Shown: one piece after another, positions 9,089 to 20,577 of the stretch
How the letters are laid out: the number at the start of each line of letters is the position of its first letter
Numbering within the stretch: position 1 is the first letter of the stretch
Virus record (IMG/VR): IMGVR_UViG_3300006735_000023
Span: 15,144 to 79,143 of that record
From: a virus
Direction: 5' to 3' (one strand)
Length of the DNA stretch: 64,000 nucleotides
The notes under the pieces: generated by a model
Databases searched by the model: none
Seen by the model: the letters and a program-made list of their open reading frames with translations, nothing else
Told to the model about the DNA's origin: nothing
Made by a program: the position numbers and the translations under genes

Positions 9089-10906
9089 ATGTCAAAAAAT
9101 AATAGTATTAATTATAATGCCCGTACATTCGTTGAAATACGAACAGAATTAATAAATTTTGTTAAACAATATTATCCAGATTTATTTAGTGATTTTAATG
9201 ATGCTTCTGTAGGACAAATGTTGTTAGAATTAAATGCTGCAGTTGCGGATATGTTATCATTTAATACCGATAGAACTTTCCAAGAGACACAAATAGAGTA
9301 TGCTCAGGAAAGGTCATCAATATTATCTATGGGTAGAACATTAGGGTTAAAAATACCTGGTGTAAGACCAAGTATGTGTCTAGTCGATTTTAGAGTTACC
9401 GTCCCTCCACAAGGAGATTCTTTTAATAATGGTTATGCGCCAACATTAAGGTATGGATCGGAAGTTGAAGGAGGAGGACAAATATTTCAAGTAGAACAAG
9501 ATATTGATTTTTCTTCTCCACTTTCTGCAGGAGGGGTACCAAATAGATTAGTAATACCAAATAAAGATAGTAACGATCTTATAATTTCATACGATTTAGT
9601 AAAACGAGAGGCTGTAGTTAATGGTAAAACCAAAATACTAAAACGTAATATTAGACCACAAGACTTAAACCCTTTTATGGAGATAATTCTACCGGAGACT
9701 AATGTTATAAGTGTAGAACAGGTAAAAATGGTGATAGGTATAAACGGAGCAGAACCAACACTAAATGAATTTCTTGAGTTTGAAAATCGTTTTTACGAGG
9801 TAGATTCGTTGGCAGAATCCCAAGTCTTTATTGAAGATAAAGTTAGAAGTTCCGATAACTCGTCAATTAAACCAGGAAAATGGGTAGAGGTTACAAAAAG
9901 ATTTGTTGCAGACTATACCGACAGAGGTTTTTGTAGATTAACTTTTGGTAGTGGTACCGCTAACGCAGAACCAATTAACGATTATATTAGTAACGCTTTC
10001 TCAAGGTCACAAGTCCAAACTCTAATTAATAATACAAGTTTAGGTGAATTACCGACAGCTAATTCAACACTCTATGTTAGATATACAGTGGGAGGGGGAC
10101 AACAATCTAATATAGGTCCTAATGTCTTACAAAATAAAGGATTGATTAATATGTTAGTGACTGGTACTGATGCCACTAATAATGCTTTAGTTGAAACTTC
10201 TTTAAGAATAAATAATGTAACTCCAGCTATTGGGGGGACCGACGCCCCTTCTGTAGAAGAACTAAGAAATTTAATTAAATATAATTTTGCATCACAAAAT
10301 AGAGCAGTAACAGTAAGAGATTATTTAGCTTTAATTAAAAAAATGAGTAGTAAATTTGGAGTTCCTTTCAAAACAAATGTGGGTGAAAGACAAAATAAAA
10401 TTGAAATATCTACATTAAGTCTAGGACCAAATAGAAAATTAACCACAACGTCTACTCAGACCTTACGAGAAAATATGTCTAGGTATTTAGCAAATTATAG
10501 GATGATTAATGATTATGTGACTATCACTAATGGGGTTATAATTAATTTAGCTGTTGAGGTAATGTGTTATATTAATAAAGATTATAATAAATCATTGGTA
10601 ATAACTGAAATAATAACAAAAGTTAGGGAATATTTTGATGTTACCTCCCAAACCATGGGACAAAATATATATTTATCAGATTTATCTAAGGAATTAAATT
10701 TAATTGATGGGGTATTAAACATCATTGAAATGAAAATTTATAATCGTGTGGGTGGACAATATGGATTAGGTCAAGTAACACAACCATATGTAGACGATGA
10801 GACTTATGAAATTGACACAAGTGGGAACCTTACACTTTTCGGAAACTTCAATACAATGTTTGAAATAAAATACCCAAACACCGACATCCAAGTAATAGTT
10901 AATTAA
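9089..10906 (+). CDS. Baseplate wedge subunit, gp6 / baseplate J-like
   Basis: DFNDASVG.MLLEL.A, LTFGSG, Y..GGG...N, GGTD..SVEELR, QNRAVTVRDY. Confidence 0.88.
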   Translation: MSKNNSINYNARTFVEIRTELINFVKQYYPDLFSDFNDASVGQMLLELNAAVADMLSFNTDRTFQETQIEYAQERSSILSMGRTLGLKIPGVRPSMCLVDFRVTVPPQGDSFNNGYAPTLRYGSEVEGGGQIFQVEQDIDFSSPLSAGGVPNRLVIPNKDSNDLIISYDLVKREAVVNGKTKILKRNIRPQDLNPFMEIILPETNVISVEQVKMVIGINGAEPTLNEFLEFENRFYEVDSLAESQVFIEDKVRSSDNSSIKPGKWVEVTKRFVADYTDRGFCRLTFGSGTANAEPINDYISNAFSRSQVQTLINNTSLGELPTANSTLYVRYTVGGGQQSNIGPNVLQNKGLINMLVTGTDATNNALVETSLRINNVTPAIGGTDAPSVEELRNLIKYNFASQNRAVTVRDYLALIKKMSSKFGVPFKTNVGERQNKIEISTLSLGPNRKLTTTSTQTLRENMSRYLANYRMINDYVTITNGVIINLAVEVMCYINKDYNKSLVITEIITKVREYFDVTSQTMGQNIYLSDLSKELNLIDGVLNIIEMKIYNRVGGQYGLGQVTQPYVDDETYEIDTSGNLTLFGNFNTMFEIKYPNTDIQVIVN

Positions 10907-10962
10907 ACTCGTTTACTTTTCACAAATAATTGATAAAATAATATTTATTTATAAATGAATCA

Positions 10963-13900
10963 ATGGGAGAAAATCGAGTAATACGTATAACACCAAAACC
11001 AGGGGAACAAAAAGTCAATCTAAACCTAGAACAAGATTTTGATTTTTTAGAAATTTTGAGCCTAAAAATAACTCAAGCAGAAACATATAGAATATTCTGT
11101 TCTAATTATGGTGTTGTTGTAGGTAAGGTAACTTCTAACGGTGGATTTCCCATAAAAAACGCAAAATTATCGATTTTTATTCCCATAGATAATGAAGACG
11201 CAAAAAACTCTTTAGTCACATCTTTATATCCTTTTAGTTCTCCTCATGATATGTTAGTATCTGGTAAAAGGTATAATTTATTACCACGAGATAAACAAAT
11301 TAATACTCCTGGTGACCATACACCTGTTGGTACATTTCCCTCAAAATATGATATAATGTCAAATAAGACATTAAAGTATATACACGAAAAATATTACAAA
11401 TATACAACAACAACTAATGAAAATGGTGATTATATGTTTTTTGGAATTCCAGGAGGTACTCATATTATTCATATGGATGTTGATTTAAGTGATATTGGTA
11501 GTAATTCTGTAATCCCACAAGACTTAATAAACATGGGTTACTCAGAAACGCTATTTGAGGGTCCAGACAAGTTTAGAGATTCTAATGATTTAGATCAATT
11601 AGCACAAATAGTTGGTATAAATAAAACAGTCTTTATAAGACCTTTTTGGGGAGACGCTGATGAATGTGAGTTTGGTATCACTAGACTCGATTTTGATACC
11701 GCTCGTTTTGTTTCACCTAAAGCTTTTTTAATAGGTAGTTTTTTTACTGATGGTGACACTGACACAGTAGACGCCGCATTTATTCCTAGATCCTGTCAAG
11801 GTAATGATATCTATAATAATTTTCCTGGTGGTAATAAAGCTGGTGTTTCTAGAATGGTTAGTGCAAAAGATTTACGTACACCTGGAGAAGTGGCAAATTC
11901 AGGAGCAAAAGTTGGTGGTAGGGGAGTAATTGAGGCAGTTAGAATTACAGAATTTAATGAAAACGTTGAATACGTAGGAAAATGGTTTAGTAGACCAGAC
12001 GGAACTTTCCAAGTGGCACTACCCCTGAATAAAGGTAAAAAAAGTTGGGATGAGAATGAACAAGCATTCGTAGATGACGAAGATGGGTTTCCAACCTATG
12101 CTGACTACCGTTTTATGTTTTATTTTGAAGGACAAGGGCCAGATGATTTTGAGGATGACTCAATACTAGGAATACAAAGTGAATTGGTTGCTTCGGCTCA
12201 TGGGTATGAAGGAAATGGAACAAATTTTGCATGGGGTGACCCAGGAGCCATATGGTCGCCATTAAATGGTGCTTATACTGATGATTATTTTGTTGACAAA
12301 TACACTTATAAAGGTAAAAAAGAAGCAAAAGAAAATAGAGGAGTTATTTTTGCACCTAATCCTGTAATACCAGGAGATAATATAGATAATGAAGTTGAAA
12401 ATAATAGGTATACATTTTGGGCAGCGCCAGAATTAGAATGGAATACAGATATACCCGCTTTTAATATGGATGACCAATTTGGTAATAACGCCACTTATTA
12501 TCGAAATTATTCTAGGATTAGACTAAGTGGATATTATACCACTTCACAAATTTTTAACTTAATTGGGGATTATGATATTGCAGTAAGTGGTAAACAACCA
12601 GAAGGTTTTGATGGTGCTGGTGTTAATGGAGAATGGTGGAATGGAGATGGAGACTTAACTTATCCAGATAATACTTCACCTCCAGATTGGTTTGGTAAGA
12701 GTATTGGTACAAACCCATGGATAATTTCTAGAGCAAAAATAGCACCAACAAATACAGAAAGAAGACAATTCCCAGCAAATTATATATTTGATAGATACTA
12801 TAGAAAAGACCCAAGACAAAGAGGAAGATTTACTGATGGTTCCGAAGAAGTGGTAGGTAATGTATTAAGTAAAGGAGGATTTGTATCAAATTATTATATG
12901 GTTCATACGGGTGTTTTGGCCGAATGGAACGCTACAATACCAATGCCACTTCAAGATGAATTTGGGGGTTGTGCAGATGCGGTTAATGGATATGACCCAT
13001 CCACTGGTTACGATTGGAATGTTATAGCTAATGTAACAAAAACTGGTCTAAGAGATACACCAGTACCACAATCGGCATCAAATAGTTATGTTGGTGACAA
13101 CTGTGAATGTAGTGGTTTCCCTAATGGAACTAATGGTAATTGTCATCATATGAAAATATGCGGCACAAGACCTTATTACTACAATGGACAAGGTGATGGT
13201 CTTTCAACCAATTCAGGGGAGAATACAATTGGTTGTAATTACATGCAACTGGGTAGTGCTGGTACAGGAAGTTATACTCCATATACAGGTTGTGAATTTG
13301 GAGTGTATGGACAATCTTGGGGAGATACAGCTTGTTGGGGATATAATCATTTTAATAGAGTAGGAACAGAATTTGGAGGTACTGCTAGACCATTAGACGG
13401 TTGTAAAGGATGTATTAATTTCTCAGGTATGCAAACAGATCTTTCAGGATATGTCGGAAGAAATAGGGCAGCTAATATTTTTAATCAAAACGCAACTCCA
13501 TACGGATTTTCCCAAGATTGGAGTATTATAAATGGTGGGTCACTACCAGAAAATAATTATGGGTATGGTCTTGGAAATATCCAAGTACCAGATACAGCCA
13601 ACCAAGGAGCAAACAGAACTACAATAGCGGCTGGAAACAACTGTATATTAGGTAACTCTATGAAAGGAGGATTTATAGCACCAACTTGGGGAAATTATAA
13701 ATTTAAGGCAAGATTAAATTATATTGGCGCTGCTGGTGTGTGGTGGGTTGGGGCAGGAATACACTACTGTGATACTACACAAGATGATTGTGACAGTGAT
13801 GCTAATTGGAAATATTCGGCAGCAACAACGAATTTTGGATATACCCCGAGAGCTCGAGAATCTGCAGGTCAGGTCGCTTGGGCGGGTAAAGGAGGAGATG

Positions 13901-15387
13901 TAGGGGCTTACGATTTTACCTACTCAACTAATTTCTGTCCGGATGAGTTTACAACCGCTGAAGAAATCGAAAGTCATTGTTTACAGCTTGATAAAAATGC
14001 TCTTTTATGGGGAAATGGTCCAATAATGGGTATCGCACAACATGATTGGGATAGTGGTGGAGGTTGGCTTTCTTGGAATTTAGAACTTAAAGAAGGGATG
14101 GCGGTTAGGTTAGGTATGGTACCAGCTAATGACTGTACTTCTGGTACGTTTCCAACAAATACTTGTACAACTACTCCTTGTGGTAATACAGGTGATATTG
14201 GTATTTGTGCTTATTGTCACGAAACGGATACTTATGCAAATGACTGGGGTGGAGAAAGAATAGCCCAATTTTTTATTTATAGTTTCACACCTAGACCAAT
14301 TAAAGTAATCGATAATAGTAGAGAACTAGGTACACATGGAGGAGAAGGATTACACGGAGGATTATACTTTCCACAATTCTTTATTGGTCGTGACGAAAGT
14401 GATTGTTGTAGTAGGTCTAATAAGGATTGGGAGGCATATGCGATAACTTCTCAATCAGAGGTACATAAAGCAAGACTCTGGGAAAGATACTCTTTAATAT
14501 TTGCGGGGCAATACCAAGAAGCAGATGGAGAAGTAAAGTTCCAAACATATACAGCGGGATATGGTGACCCAAAAGGTGGTACAATAATAAATAATGGACG
14601 TTATTATAATACTAGAACAATTGGAGGAACGTCAATTGTTGATATAACCAAAAATTATCCAGAGTTTAGAGGAGGACCAAACCAATGGGCAACAATAGAT
14701 ATGAATCTTCCCAACTCTTCTGTTAATACAGATGCTAACTTTTCGTATGAATATACACTAGCTAAATTTGACTATGGAAGGGCATCATTCCAAAATCCGT
14801 CAGCCATAGATGATGGAACAGGAGGTTTAGAATTTTTACAAAACAAATATTTTGCATTATATGATAATTTAGAGTTCAGAACAAACCAACAATATCCTAG
14901 AGAAACATTAGGTAATGATTATAATGGGTTTTTTCCAAATACAAGTAATTATATCAATAGTTGGGACTGGACTTCTTCAAACTGGACTTGGTATGGATGG
15001 AGTTACCCAATGACTGCTCAATTATTGACTACTTCGGTACCTGGAAATCCAGTAGAGTCTAGATATCATATTTATAGAAGAGATAACGGTCCAAATAATT
15101 ACGCTTATCCTAGGTGGTTAGCTTGGGAAAGAGGAGTACCAATTAAATGGTATAATGATAATACTTTTTGGTGGAGAGATGTTATTCCAGAATCACATCC
15201 CGATCCGGCATCACCCGGAAACAGTACAAACCCATGGCTTACTACACCTTATAACCCCGATATGTCCACAAGTGACAATACAGTCTTAAATGCTTACCCA
15301 ATAAGAAAGTATTACTTTTTTGGAATGGATAAATCTCAACCTACAGCGTTAGATAGATTAAAATTAACAATACCAACAATTGAGTAA
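10963..15387 (+). CDS. Very large baseplate/tail structural protein, 1474 aa
   Basis: Follows gp6; N-terminal prealbumin/carboxypeptidase-regulatory-like motifs (GVVVGKV..PIKNAK, TTTNENGDYMFFGIP.G.H); Gly/Trp/Cys-rich C-terminal part. Confidence 0.7.
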   Translation: MGENRVIRITPKPGEQKVNLNLEQDFDFLEILSLKITQAETYRIFCSNYGVVVGKVTSNGGFPIKNAKLSIFIPIDNEDAKNSLVTSLYPFSSPHDMLVSGKRYNLLPRDKQINTPGDHTPVGTFPSKYDIMSNKTLKYIHEKYYKYTTTTNENGDYMFFGIPGGTHIIHMDVDLSDIGSNSVIPQDLINMGYSETLFEGPDKFRDSNDLDQLAQIVGINKTVFIRPFWGDADECEFGITRLDFDTARFVSPKAFLIGSFFTDGDTDTVDAAFIPRSCQGNDIYNNFPGGNKAGVSRMVSAKDLRTPGEVANSGAKVGGRGVIEAVRITEFNENVEYVGKWFSRPDGTFQVALPLNKGKKSWDENEQAFVDDEDGFPTYADYRFMFYFEGQGPDDFEDDSILGIQSELVASAHGYEGNGTNFAWGDPGAIWSPLNGAYTDDYFVDKYTYKGKKEAKENRGVIFAPNPVIPGDNIDNEVENNRYTFWAAPELEWNTDIPAFNMDDQFGNNATYYRNYSRIRLSGYYTTSQIFNLIGDYDIAVSGKQPEGFDGAGVNGEWWNGDGDLTYPDNTSPPDWFGKSIGTNPWIISRAKIAPTNTERRQFPANYIFDRYYRKDPRQRGRFTDGSEEVVGNVLSKGGFVSNYYMVHTGVLAEWNATIPMPLQDEFGGCADAVNGYDPSTGYDWNVIANVTKTGLRDTPVPQSASNSYVGDNCECSGFPNGTNGNCHHMKICGTRPYYYNGQGDGLSTNSGENTIGCNYMQLGSAGTGSYTPYTGCEFGVYGQSWGDTACWGYNHFNRVGTEFGGTARPLDGCKGCINFSGMQTDLSGYVGRNRAANIFNQNATPYGFSQDWSIINGGSLPENNYGYGLGNIQVPDTANQGANRTTIAAGNNCILGNSMKGGFIAPTWGNYKFKARLNYIGAAGVWWVGAGIHYCDTTQDDCDSDANWKYSAATTNFGYTPRARESAGQVAWAGKGGDVGAYDFTYSTNFCPDEFTTAEEIESHCLQLDKNALLWGNGPIMGIAQHDWDSGGGWLSWNLELKEGMAVRLGMVPANDCTSGTFPTNTCTTTPCGNTGDIGICAYCHETDTYANDWGGERIAQFFIYSFTPRPIKVIDNSRELGTHGGEGLHGGLYFPQFFIGRDESDCCSRSNKDWEAYAITSQSEVHKARLWERYSLIFAGQYQEADGEVKFQTYTAGYGDPKGGTIINNGRYYNTRTIGGTSIVDITKNYPEFRGGPNQWATIDMNLPNSSVNTDANFSYEYTLAKFDYGRASFQNPSAIDDGTGGLEFLQNKYFALYDNLEFRTNQQYPRETLGNDYNGFFPNTSNYINSWDWTSSNWTWYGWSYPMTAQLLTTSVPGNPVESRYHIYRRDNGPNNYAYPRWLAWERGVPIKWYNDNTFWWRDVIPESHPDPASPGNSTNPWLTTPYNPDMSTSDNTVLNAYPIRKYYFFGMDKSQPTALDRLKLTIPTIE

Positions 15388-15389
15388 AA

Positions 15390-18300
15390 ATGGGAATGGA
15401 TAGAAAAAAAATAATAAGAACAGAAGATCGTAAAGCTGACGCTATAGGAATAGGATATAATGTTAATGTTACCACTAATAACAGTAATAAACCTTTACCT
15501 ACTGGTGAAGTTATAAAAGTAGTTGGTGCGGAAGAACAATTTCAAAAAGAAAGAAAAGAATCCACCAATTATAGATTAACAGCAACGATAAATACCACTA
15601 TGTATTATCCACAGGATTATCATTGGATAGGAACATGGAATAGTTCATATGAATTACAAGAAGATGTTGATGAAACCTTTGAAACAGATATCTTCAAAGA
15701 CTGGAACTACCTTTTACCTAATATTCTTAGTCCAGACTCAATTAATCCTACAGAAGAAGATTTTAGAATTGATAAAATAATTAATTGGGTAGGACATGTT
15801 GTTTATCCATATGAAAATGACTATCTTAAATTATATGAATTACCCTCATTTAGTGTTAATGTTGATTTCTTACCAAGTAATGAAGACGGAGTTTTAAGTA
15901 TAGACACTGGTATAACTAATATACTATATAATGACATTCTTATTTATTTAGATGAATATGTAACAATATGGCCTGGTGTTAATGTGGGTAACACACCAAT
16001 AGAAAACTATTTTGACCCATCTAAACCAGTAATCGCTCCTTTAATGACAGATGCGTCAACAACACTAAAGATTTCAAATAAAGAAATTAAGGGATATACC
16101 CAAGACGGAGTGCCATTTTTATTTACAGTACCAGTACCAACAGAAAATGGTTGGAAAACAGCATTATATGTTCCATTCAAACATAATTTTGAGGAAGGGG
16201 ATTATATATTTATAAAACCTATAGCTTCTGATGAAGTTGGAGACGAATATAGTAATTGTGACCCTACACTTTATGGTTTCAAAAGAGTATTGGAAACTTC
16301 CTGGCGTGCTTTAAGTGAAGCCACTTCCCTTAATTATATAATAATTGACCATAAAACAGAATATCATTGGGATTGGACAACTCTAGTACAAGGGGAAAAT
16401 ACAGAGGGAGAAGATTATCCTTGGACAGTAACTTCTTCACAAGGATTTATTAAAAGAGTCGTCAATTATTCAGACTCTAGTACATTACCAATTACTATTG
16501 AAGACTTAAATAACGGACATTTTTCCCCATCCGTAAATGACCCACTAAATGCAATAACGGTAACTCTATTAGTACCACATAACTTAAAGGTAAATGATTT
16601 TACTTTAATTACTGTTTCAGAAGATGCTTTAGGAACAGACTTTAATAATGATAAAAAACCAACCCTTTTTAATTTAAGTGGGATATACACAGTAATAGAT
16701 GTGTTAGACAACTATTCATTTGATATAAGGGCCAAGTCACAACAAGACTTAATTGCTTTTTTTAATGGAGCTTATACCGATTCACAATTAGTAGCAAGTC
16801 CAACCAATTATTATATAGAATGTTATAAGTTATTAAGTGTTCCCTCTGAATATTATTTACGAAAAGGTAAAATTATTAATTCTATAAATAATTTTGATGT
16901 GAGCGACTTACCGATGAGTAATAGTATTTTTATGGATAAAAATTATAATGCTGTTATAGACGAAGATATAAACACAAAAGGTTTAGTAGATAATTGGGGA
17001 TTACCAATTACACAGTTATATGTTTTATTAACAAAAAGAGCGGGTCAACTACCTTACGACTTTACGGATGTTGAGACTTTTTTTAGTTGGAAATTTAATT
17101 ATAGAGTTTTATTGTCTAAAACAGGTGATGGTTTAGATGTAGTTTCTAGAAGAAGTAATACTGATAACAGAGGAGGGTATGTAAAAGATTCGGGTGGTGG
17201 ATACATGGATGAATTTGATGAATATTTAGGTGACTGGTACTATATAGATTTTAGTGAATTTAATAATAATCTTTTATTAGAAAAACAAGTAACCACATTA
17301 TCAAATCGATTTAATGGGGCGCAACGTGAATGTGGTGGATTGGGAGATTGTAACTATGAGGTATATGCTAATGATTTTGATGGAATTATGTATAACGCTT
17401 GGTCAATCTATACAAGTTATAATACTAGTAATTTAACGGTTTCACAAGTTGCAGGTAAGGCAAAATTAGTTTCAACCACTTCTTGGGTTTCACCTAATGC
17501 TCAAGCTAACTACGGAGGTAATTACATTAGAACAACATTTATGGTTACTCCGGATCTAGTAGGTGAAACACTGGTCTTAAAAGTTAATTATGAACAAGAA
17601 TCATCAACAGGAATGATAAGAATATTTAACCCAGGAGGTAATCAAATGATATTAGGTAATGGGTCTTATGGAAAACCGGTTGGTAACGCGGCTAATTTAA
17701 CCGTACCTTCAACAAACTCTGCTAATGATTATACAGTTTCTTTTATACCTACAGTAGTTGGAAATCATACAATTGCTTTAGGTTTAATGAATTATGTGGG
17801 CGGTTTAGTTGGTTACGGTGACTTTATTGGGTATTATGATAATTTAGAAATAATAAAATATTATGGTACTCCACAATATGCTGGTTGGGTTTACGATCCT
17901 CTAACAGAATATCAATTACAAGTGTGGTCTAGTTATATAGAAACGGCAGACCCTAATGTATTGGGGATACCTTATTGGGCTAAATACATTGATGGGTTGT
18001 ATTTTTGGAGAGATTTATTAAGTGTTGGTTATTTTGAGGATGTTGACCAAACAATTGGAGTGGATTATCCATTTTTGAATGGAAGTCATTATATAAATAA
18101 AGATAAAAATTTAATGGTTTCTTTAAGCCCTTATAAGTTAAACGAGTCTGGTACATCACAAATTATATTCGGATGTATGGATATTAACGCAACAAATTAC
18201 AATACTGTGGCAACTTATGCTTGTGGAAATATTGTGGACCAAGGGGGACCTTGTGTTGTAGATGCTTTAGGAATTTTACAAACTGATACACCAGGAGTAG

Positions 18301-20576
18301 GGAATTATAACGCAAATGGGTGTTGTTGTCAATATGATGGAGGTAACGCTGTTGTTAATGTTTTAACTGAAGGGGATAAATTTGTGGCACGTACAAAAAA
18401 AATACAGAATAGTTATAATAATGTTTCAGGGCCAACTCCAGCATATGATGTTGGTGACCAAATGATAGGGTGGAATATTTGTAGAGGTATTTATCCTTTT
18501 TGGAAAGACGCAACCTATTGGGGTACTGGTTTTGCCGATTATATTCCTTCAGAAACTTATCCTACCGTTAAATTACCTACATTAACAAAACTTGCGGGAG
18601 TTATGGTAGGGGAGGACAATCCAGCATTTAATGTATCTATAATTAATGGTAGTGCTACCTATGATGTATTTAGATATGAGAATTACACAGCCGACCCAAA
18701 CTTTAGTTATCTCTATGGAGATTTAGGAGATGGGACAGGATCACCACTATTTACTGCAGAAACAGGGAGATACCAAGAGTTATTTGATTTAGGTCAAGGA
18801 AGTTATGGGTTAGCAGACGTACCACCCTCAGGAAATTGGACAACACAATACGATAATGGATTATCCACTTGGAATACTACCATAACTGATACAAATGGAG
18901 ACTCTATTTCACCAGAATACTTTTCTCATAATTTATTTGAATTTTATAAGTTCGATACCAGTCAGTGTAAAACATGTTTTAATCAAGGATCAACACTTTC
19001 TACAGGTGACTATTTGGCACCTAGACATGGATGGCCAGTTGATGTAAACTCAGACAATATCCCAACAGCAACCGATATAAACGGAAACGGAATACCACAT
19101 TTTCAAACATTACCCTTACCAGGTAATCAAATTGCGAGATCAACAGGAACTGGTAGTGATTTAGAAGGTTACGCCGGGATAGTTTCAAATACAGTAGTTG
19201 GTTCTGAAACAGTAAATATTGCGGCACATAGAATACCTTCCGATCCTAATAACTGGAGAATGTTTTATGGTACATGTGTATCTACTTGGGCGTGTATGGT
19301 GGATGCAGAAAAAGGAATATGGCCTACAGGTAGTTCCTATCCGACTTGTGCAGACCCTTCTTGTACAAATGAGGCAGATTGTATAAGTCCATTGGGCTGT
19401 AATTCAACATGGGGACCATTACCAACACAAACTTGGACAACTGACGAATTAATTAATAATTGTAAAGGTGGTACAAATTGTCAAAGACAATGTAGTTGTG
19501 TAAATCCGGCGGGTGGTTCACTTTTTGAAAATTATTATGGTACTTCTTCTTCGGCTATAGGAGGACCGATATTGCCTTTAGAACAACCTACACAATTTTT
19601 TCCTAACGTACCCCCTAATATGGTTAATAATTATGAATTTAGAGGAAGAGTTAATATTGAAATGGGTATTAATTACGATGGTTATGAAAAATATTATAAT
19701 GCTGGTTCTTTAGACCAGGGATGGGCAGTTGCGGGACCAAATACTGGGGGCCCACCCATCACATATAATAACCCTTGGATGGATTTAGGTTTTTCTTGTG
19801 CAGACCCCACATGTTTAACAGAGGCAGACTGTGTAGGGACTGGTGCTGGACAATGTAGTTCTACATGGTCAGCAACCTTACCAAGTACAACAACTTCAAG
19901 TATTTCACAAACTTTAGCAGCTTCTATGGCTGTTACAGATGGATATAAAAAATACACAAGACTTTACTCCGGATTTTGGATTGGTATTGTTTCTGAAAAA
20001 TGTGGTGTGGCGGGTCCTGGAAGTGGAACTGAAAAATGTACCTATATTTATGACCCAGATGATGGTACTGAAGGCGGTGGTGCGGGAGCCCCAATATACC
20101 AATCAGATGGATGGGGAGGTGCATTTACAAATGTTAAATGGAATCACGGATGTGGTGGATGGAAAATGGATGGAATTACTGAAGCAGTTAATAAAATGGC
20201 ATATTCACCTTGTAGAGACAATAGTAATGGTTACGCTGATTGTAATGTTGGAGACCCAACAGCAACAAATTATGATGTTATCAATTACCAAAGTCCTACA
20301 TATCTACCTAGTTGTGGTGAAAATGGATCAACATCTTCCAAATCAGATTTCCAAAAAATATGGTCACAAAGTTTTAAGTCAGAATCCATTCCAATGCATG
20401 AAGGAGATAAGGCATTTATATTTATTCGTTCTGTAGGTGGGGCACTTAGACCGAATAACAGCGCAGTCGATGCTTATGGTTCACAAAATGTAACAATAAA
20501 CGGTTCATCAGTTCAGGTAGAAACTTACCTACCTACTTATTGGGGAGCGAGACTAATTAATAGTGAAGTAGCTTAA
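15390..20576 (+). CDS. Very large baseplate/tail structural protein with inserted CBM-like and Cys-rich modules, 1728 aa
   Basis: HNF.EGDYI / HNLKVNDF beta-barrel repeats, GVDYPFLNGSHY, one GCMD repeat, two CADP modules. Confidence 0.7.
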   Translation: MGMDRKKIIRTEDRKADAIGIGYNVNVTTNNSNKPLPTGEVIKVVGAEEQFQKERKESTNYRLTATINTTMYYPQDYHWIGTWNSSYELQEDVDETFETDIFKDWNYLLPNILSPDSINPTEEDFRIDKIINWVGHVVYPYENDYLKLYELPSFSVNVDFLPSNEDGVLSIDTGITNILYNDILIYLDEYVTIWPGVNVGNTPIENYFDPSKPVIAPLMTDASTTLKISNKEIKGYTQDGVPFLFTVPVPTENGWKTALYVPFKHNFEEGDYIFIKPIASDEVGDEYSNCDPTLYGFKRVLETSWRALSEATSLNYIIIDHKTEYHWDWTTLVQGENTEGEDYPWTVTSSQGFIKRVVNYSDSSTLPITIEDLNNGHFSPSVNDPLNAITVTLLVPHNLKVNDFTLITVSEDALGTDFNNDKKPTLFNLSGIYTVIDVLDNYSFDIRAKSQQDLIAFFNGAYTDSQLVASPTNYYIECYKLLSVPSEYYLRKGKIINSINNFDVSDLPMSNSIFMDKNYNAVIDEDINTKGLVDNWGLPITQLYVLLTKRAGQLPYDFTDVETFFSWKFNYRVLLSKTGDGLDVVSRRSNTDNRGGYVKDSGGGYMDEFDEYLGDWYYIDFSEFNNNLLLEKQVTTLSNRFNGAQRECGGLGDCNYEVYANDFDGIMYNAWSIYTSYNTSNLTVSQVAGKAKLVSTTSWVSPNAQANYGGNYIRTTFMVTPDLVGETLVLKVNYEQESSTGMIRIFNPGGNQMILGNGSYGKPVGNAANLTVPSTNSANDYTVSFIPTVVGNHTIALGLMNYVGGLVGYGDFIGYYDNLEIIKYYGTPQYAGWVYDPLTEYQLQVWSSYIETADPNVLGIPYWAKYIDGLYFWRDLLSVGYFEDVDQTIGVDYPFLNGSHYINKDKNLMVSLSPYKLNESGTSQIIFGCMDINATNYNTVATYACGNIVDQGGPCVVDALGILQTDTPGVGNYNANGCCCQYDGGNAVVNVLTEGDKFVARTKKIQNSYNNVSGPTPAYDVGDQMIGWNICRGIYPFWKDATYWGTGFADYIPSETYPTVKLPTLTKLAGVMVGEDNPAFNVSIINGSATYDVFRYENYTADPNFSYLYGDLGDGTGSPLFTAETGRYQELFDLGQGSYGLADVPPSGNWTTQYDNGLSTWNTTITDTNGDSISPEYFSHNLFEFYKFDTSQCKTCFNQGSTLSTGDYLAPRHGWPVDVNSDNIPTATDINGNGIPHFQTLPLPGNQIARSTGTGSDLEGYAGIVSNTVVGSETVNIAAHRIPSDPNNWRMFYGTCVSTWACMVDAEKGIWPTGSSYPTCADPSCTNEADCISPLGCNSTWGPLPTQTWTTDELINNCKGGTNCQRQCSCVNPAGGSLFENYYGTSSSAIGGPILPLEQPTQFFPNVPPNMVNNYEFRGRVNIEMGINYDGYEKYYNAGSLDQGWAVAGPNTGGPPITYNNPWMDLGFSCADPTCLTEADCVGTGAGQCSSTWSATLPSTTTSSISQTLAASMAVTDGYKKYTRLYSGFWIGIVSEKCGVAGPGSGTEKCTYIYDPDDGTEGGGAGAPIYQSDGWGGAFTNVKWNHGCGGWKMDGITEAVNKMAYSPCRDNSNGYADCNVGDPTATNYDVINYQSPTYLPSCGENGSTSSKSDFQKIWSQSFKSESIPMHEGDKAFIFIRSVGGALRPNNSAVDAYGSQNVTINGSSVQVETYLPTYWGARLINSEVA

Positions 20577-20577
20577 T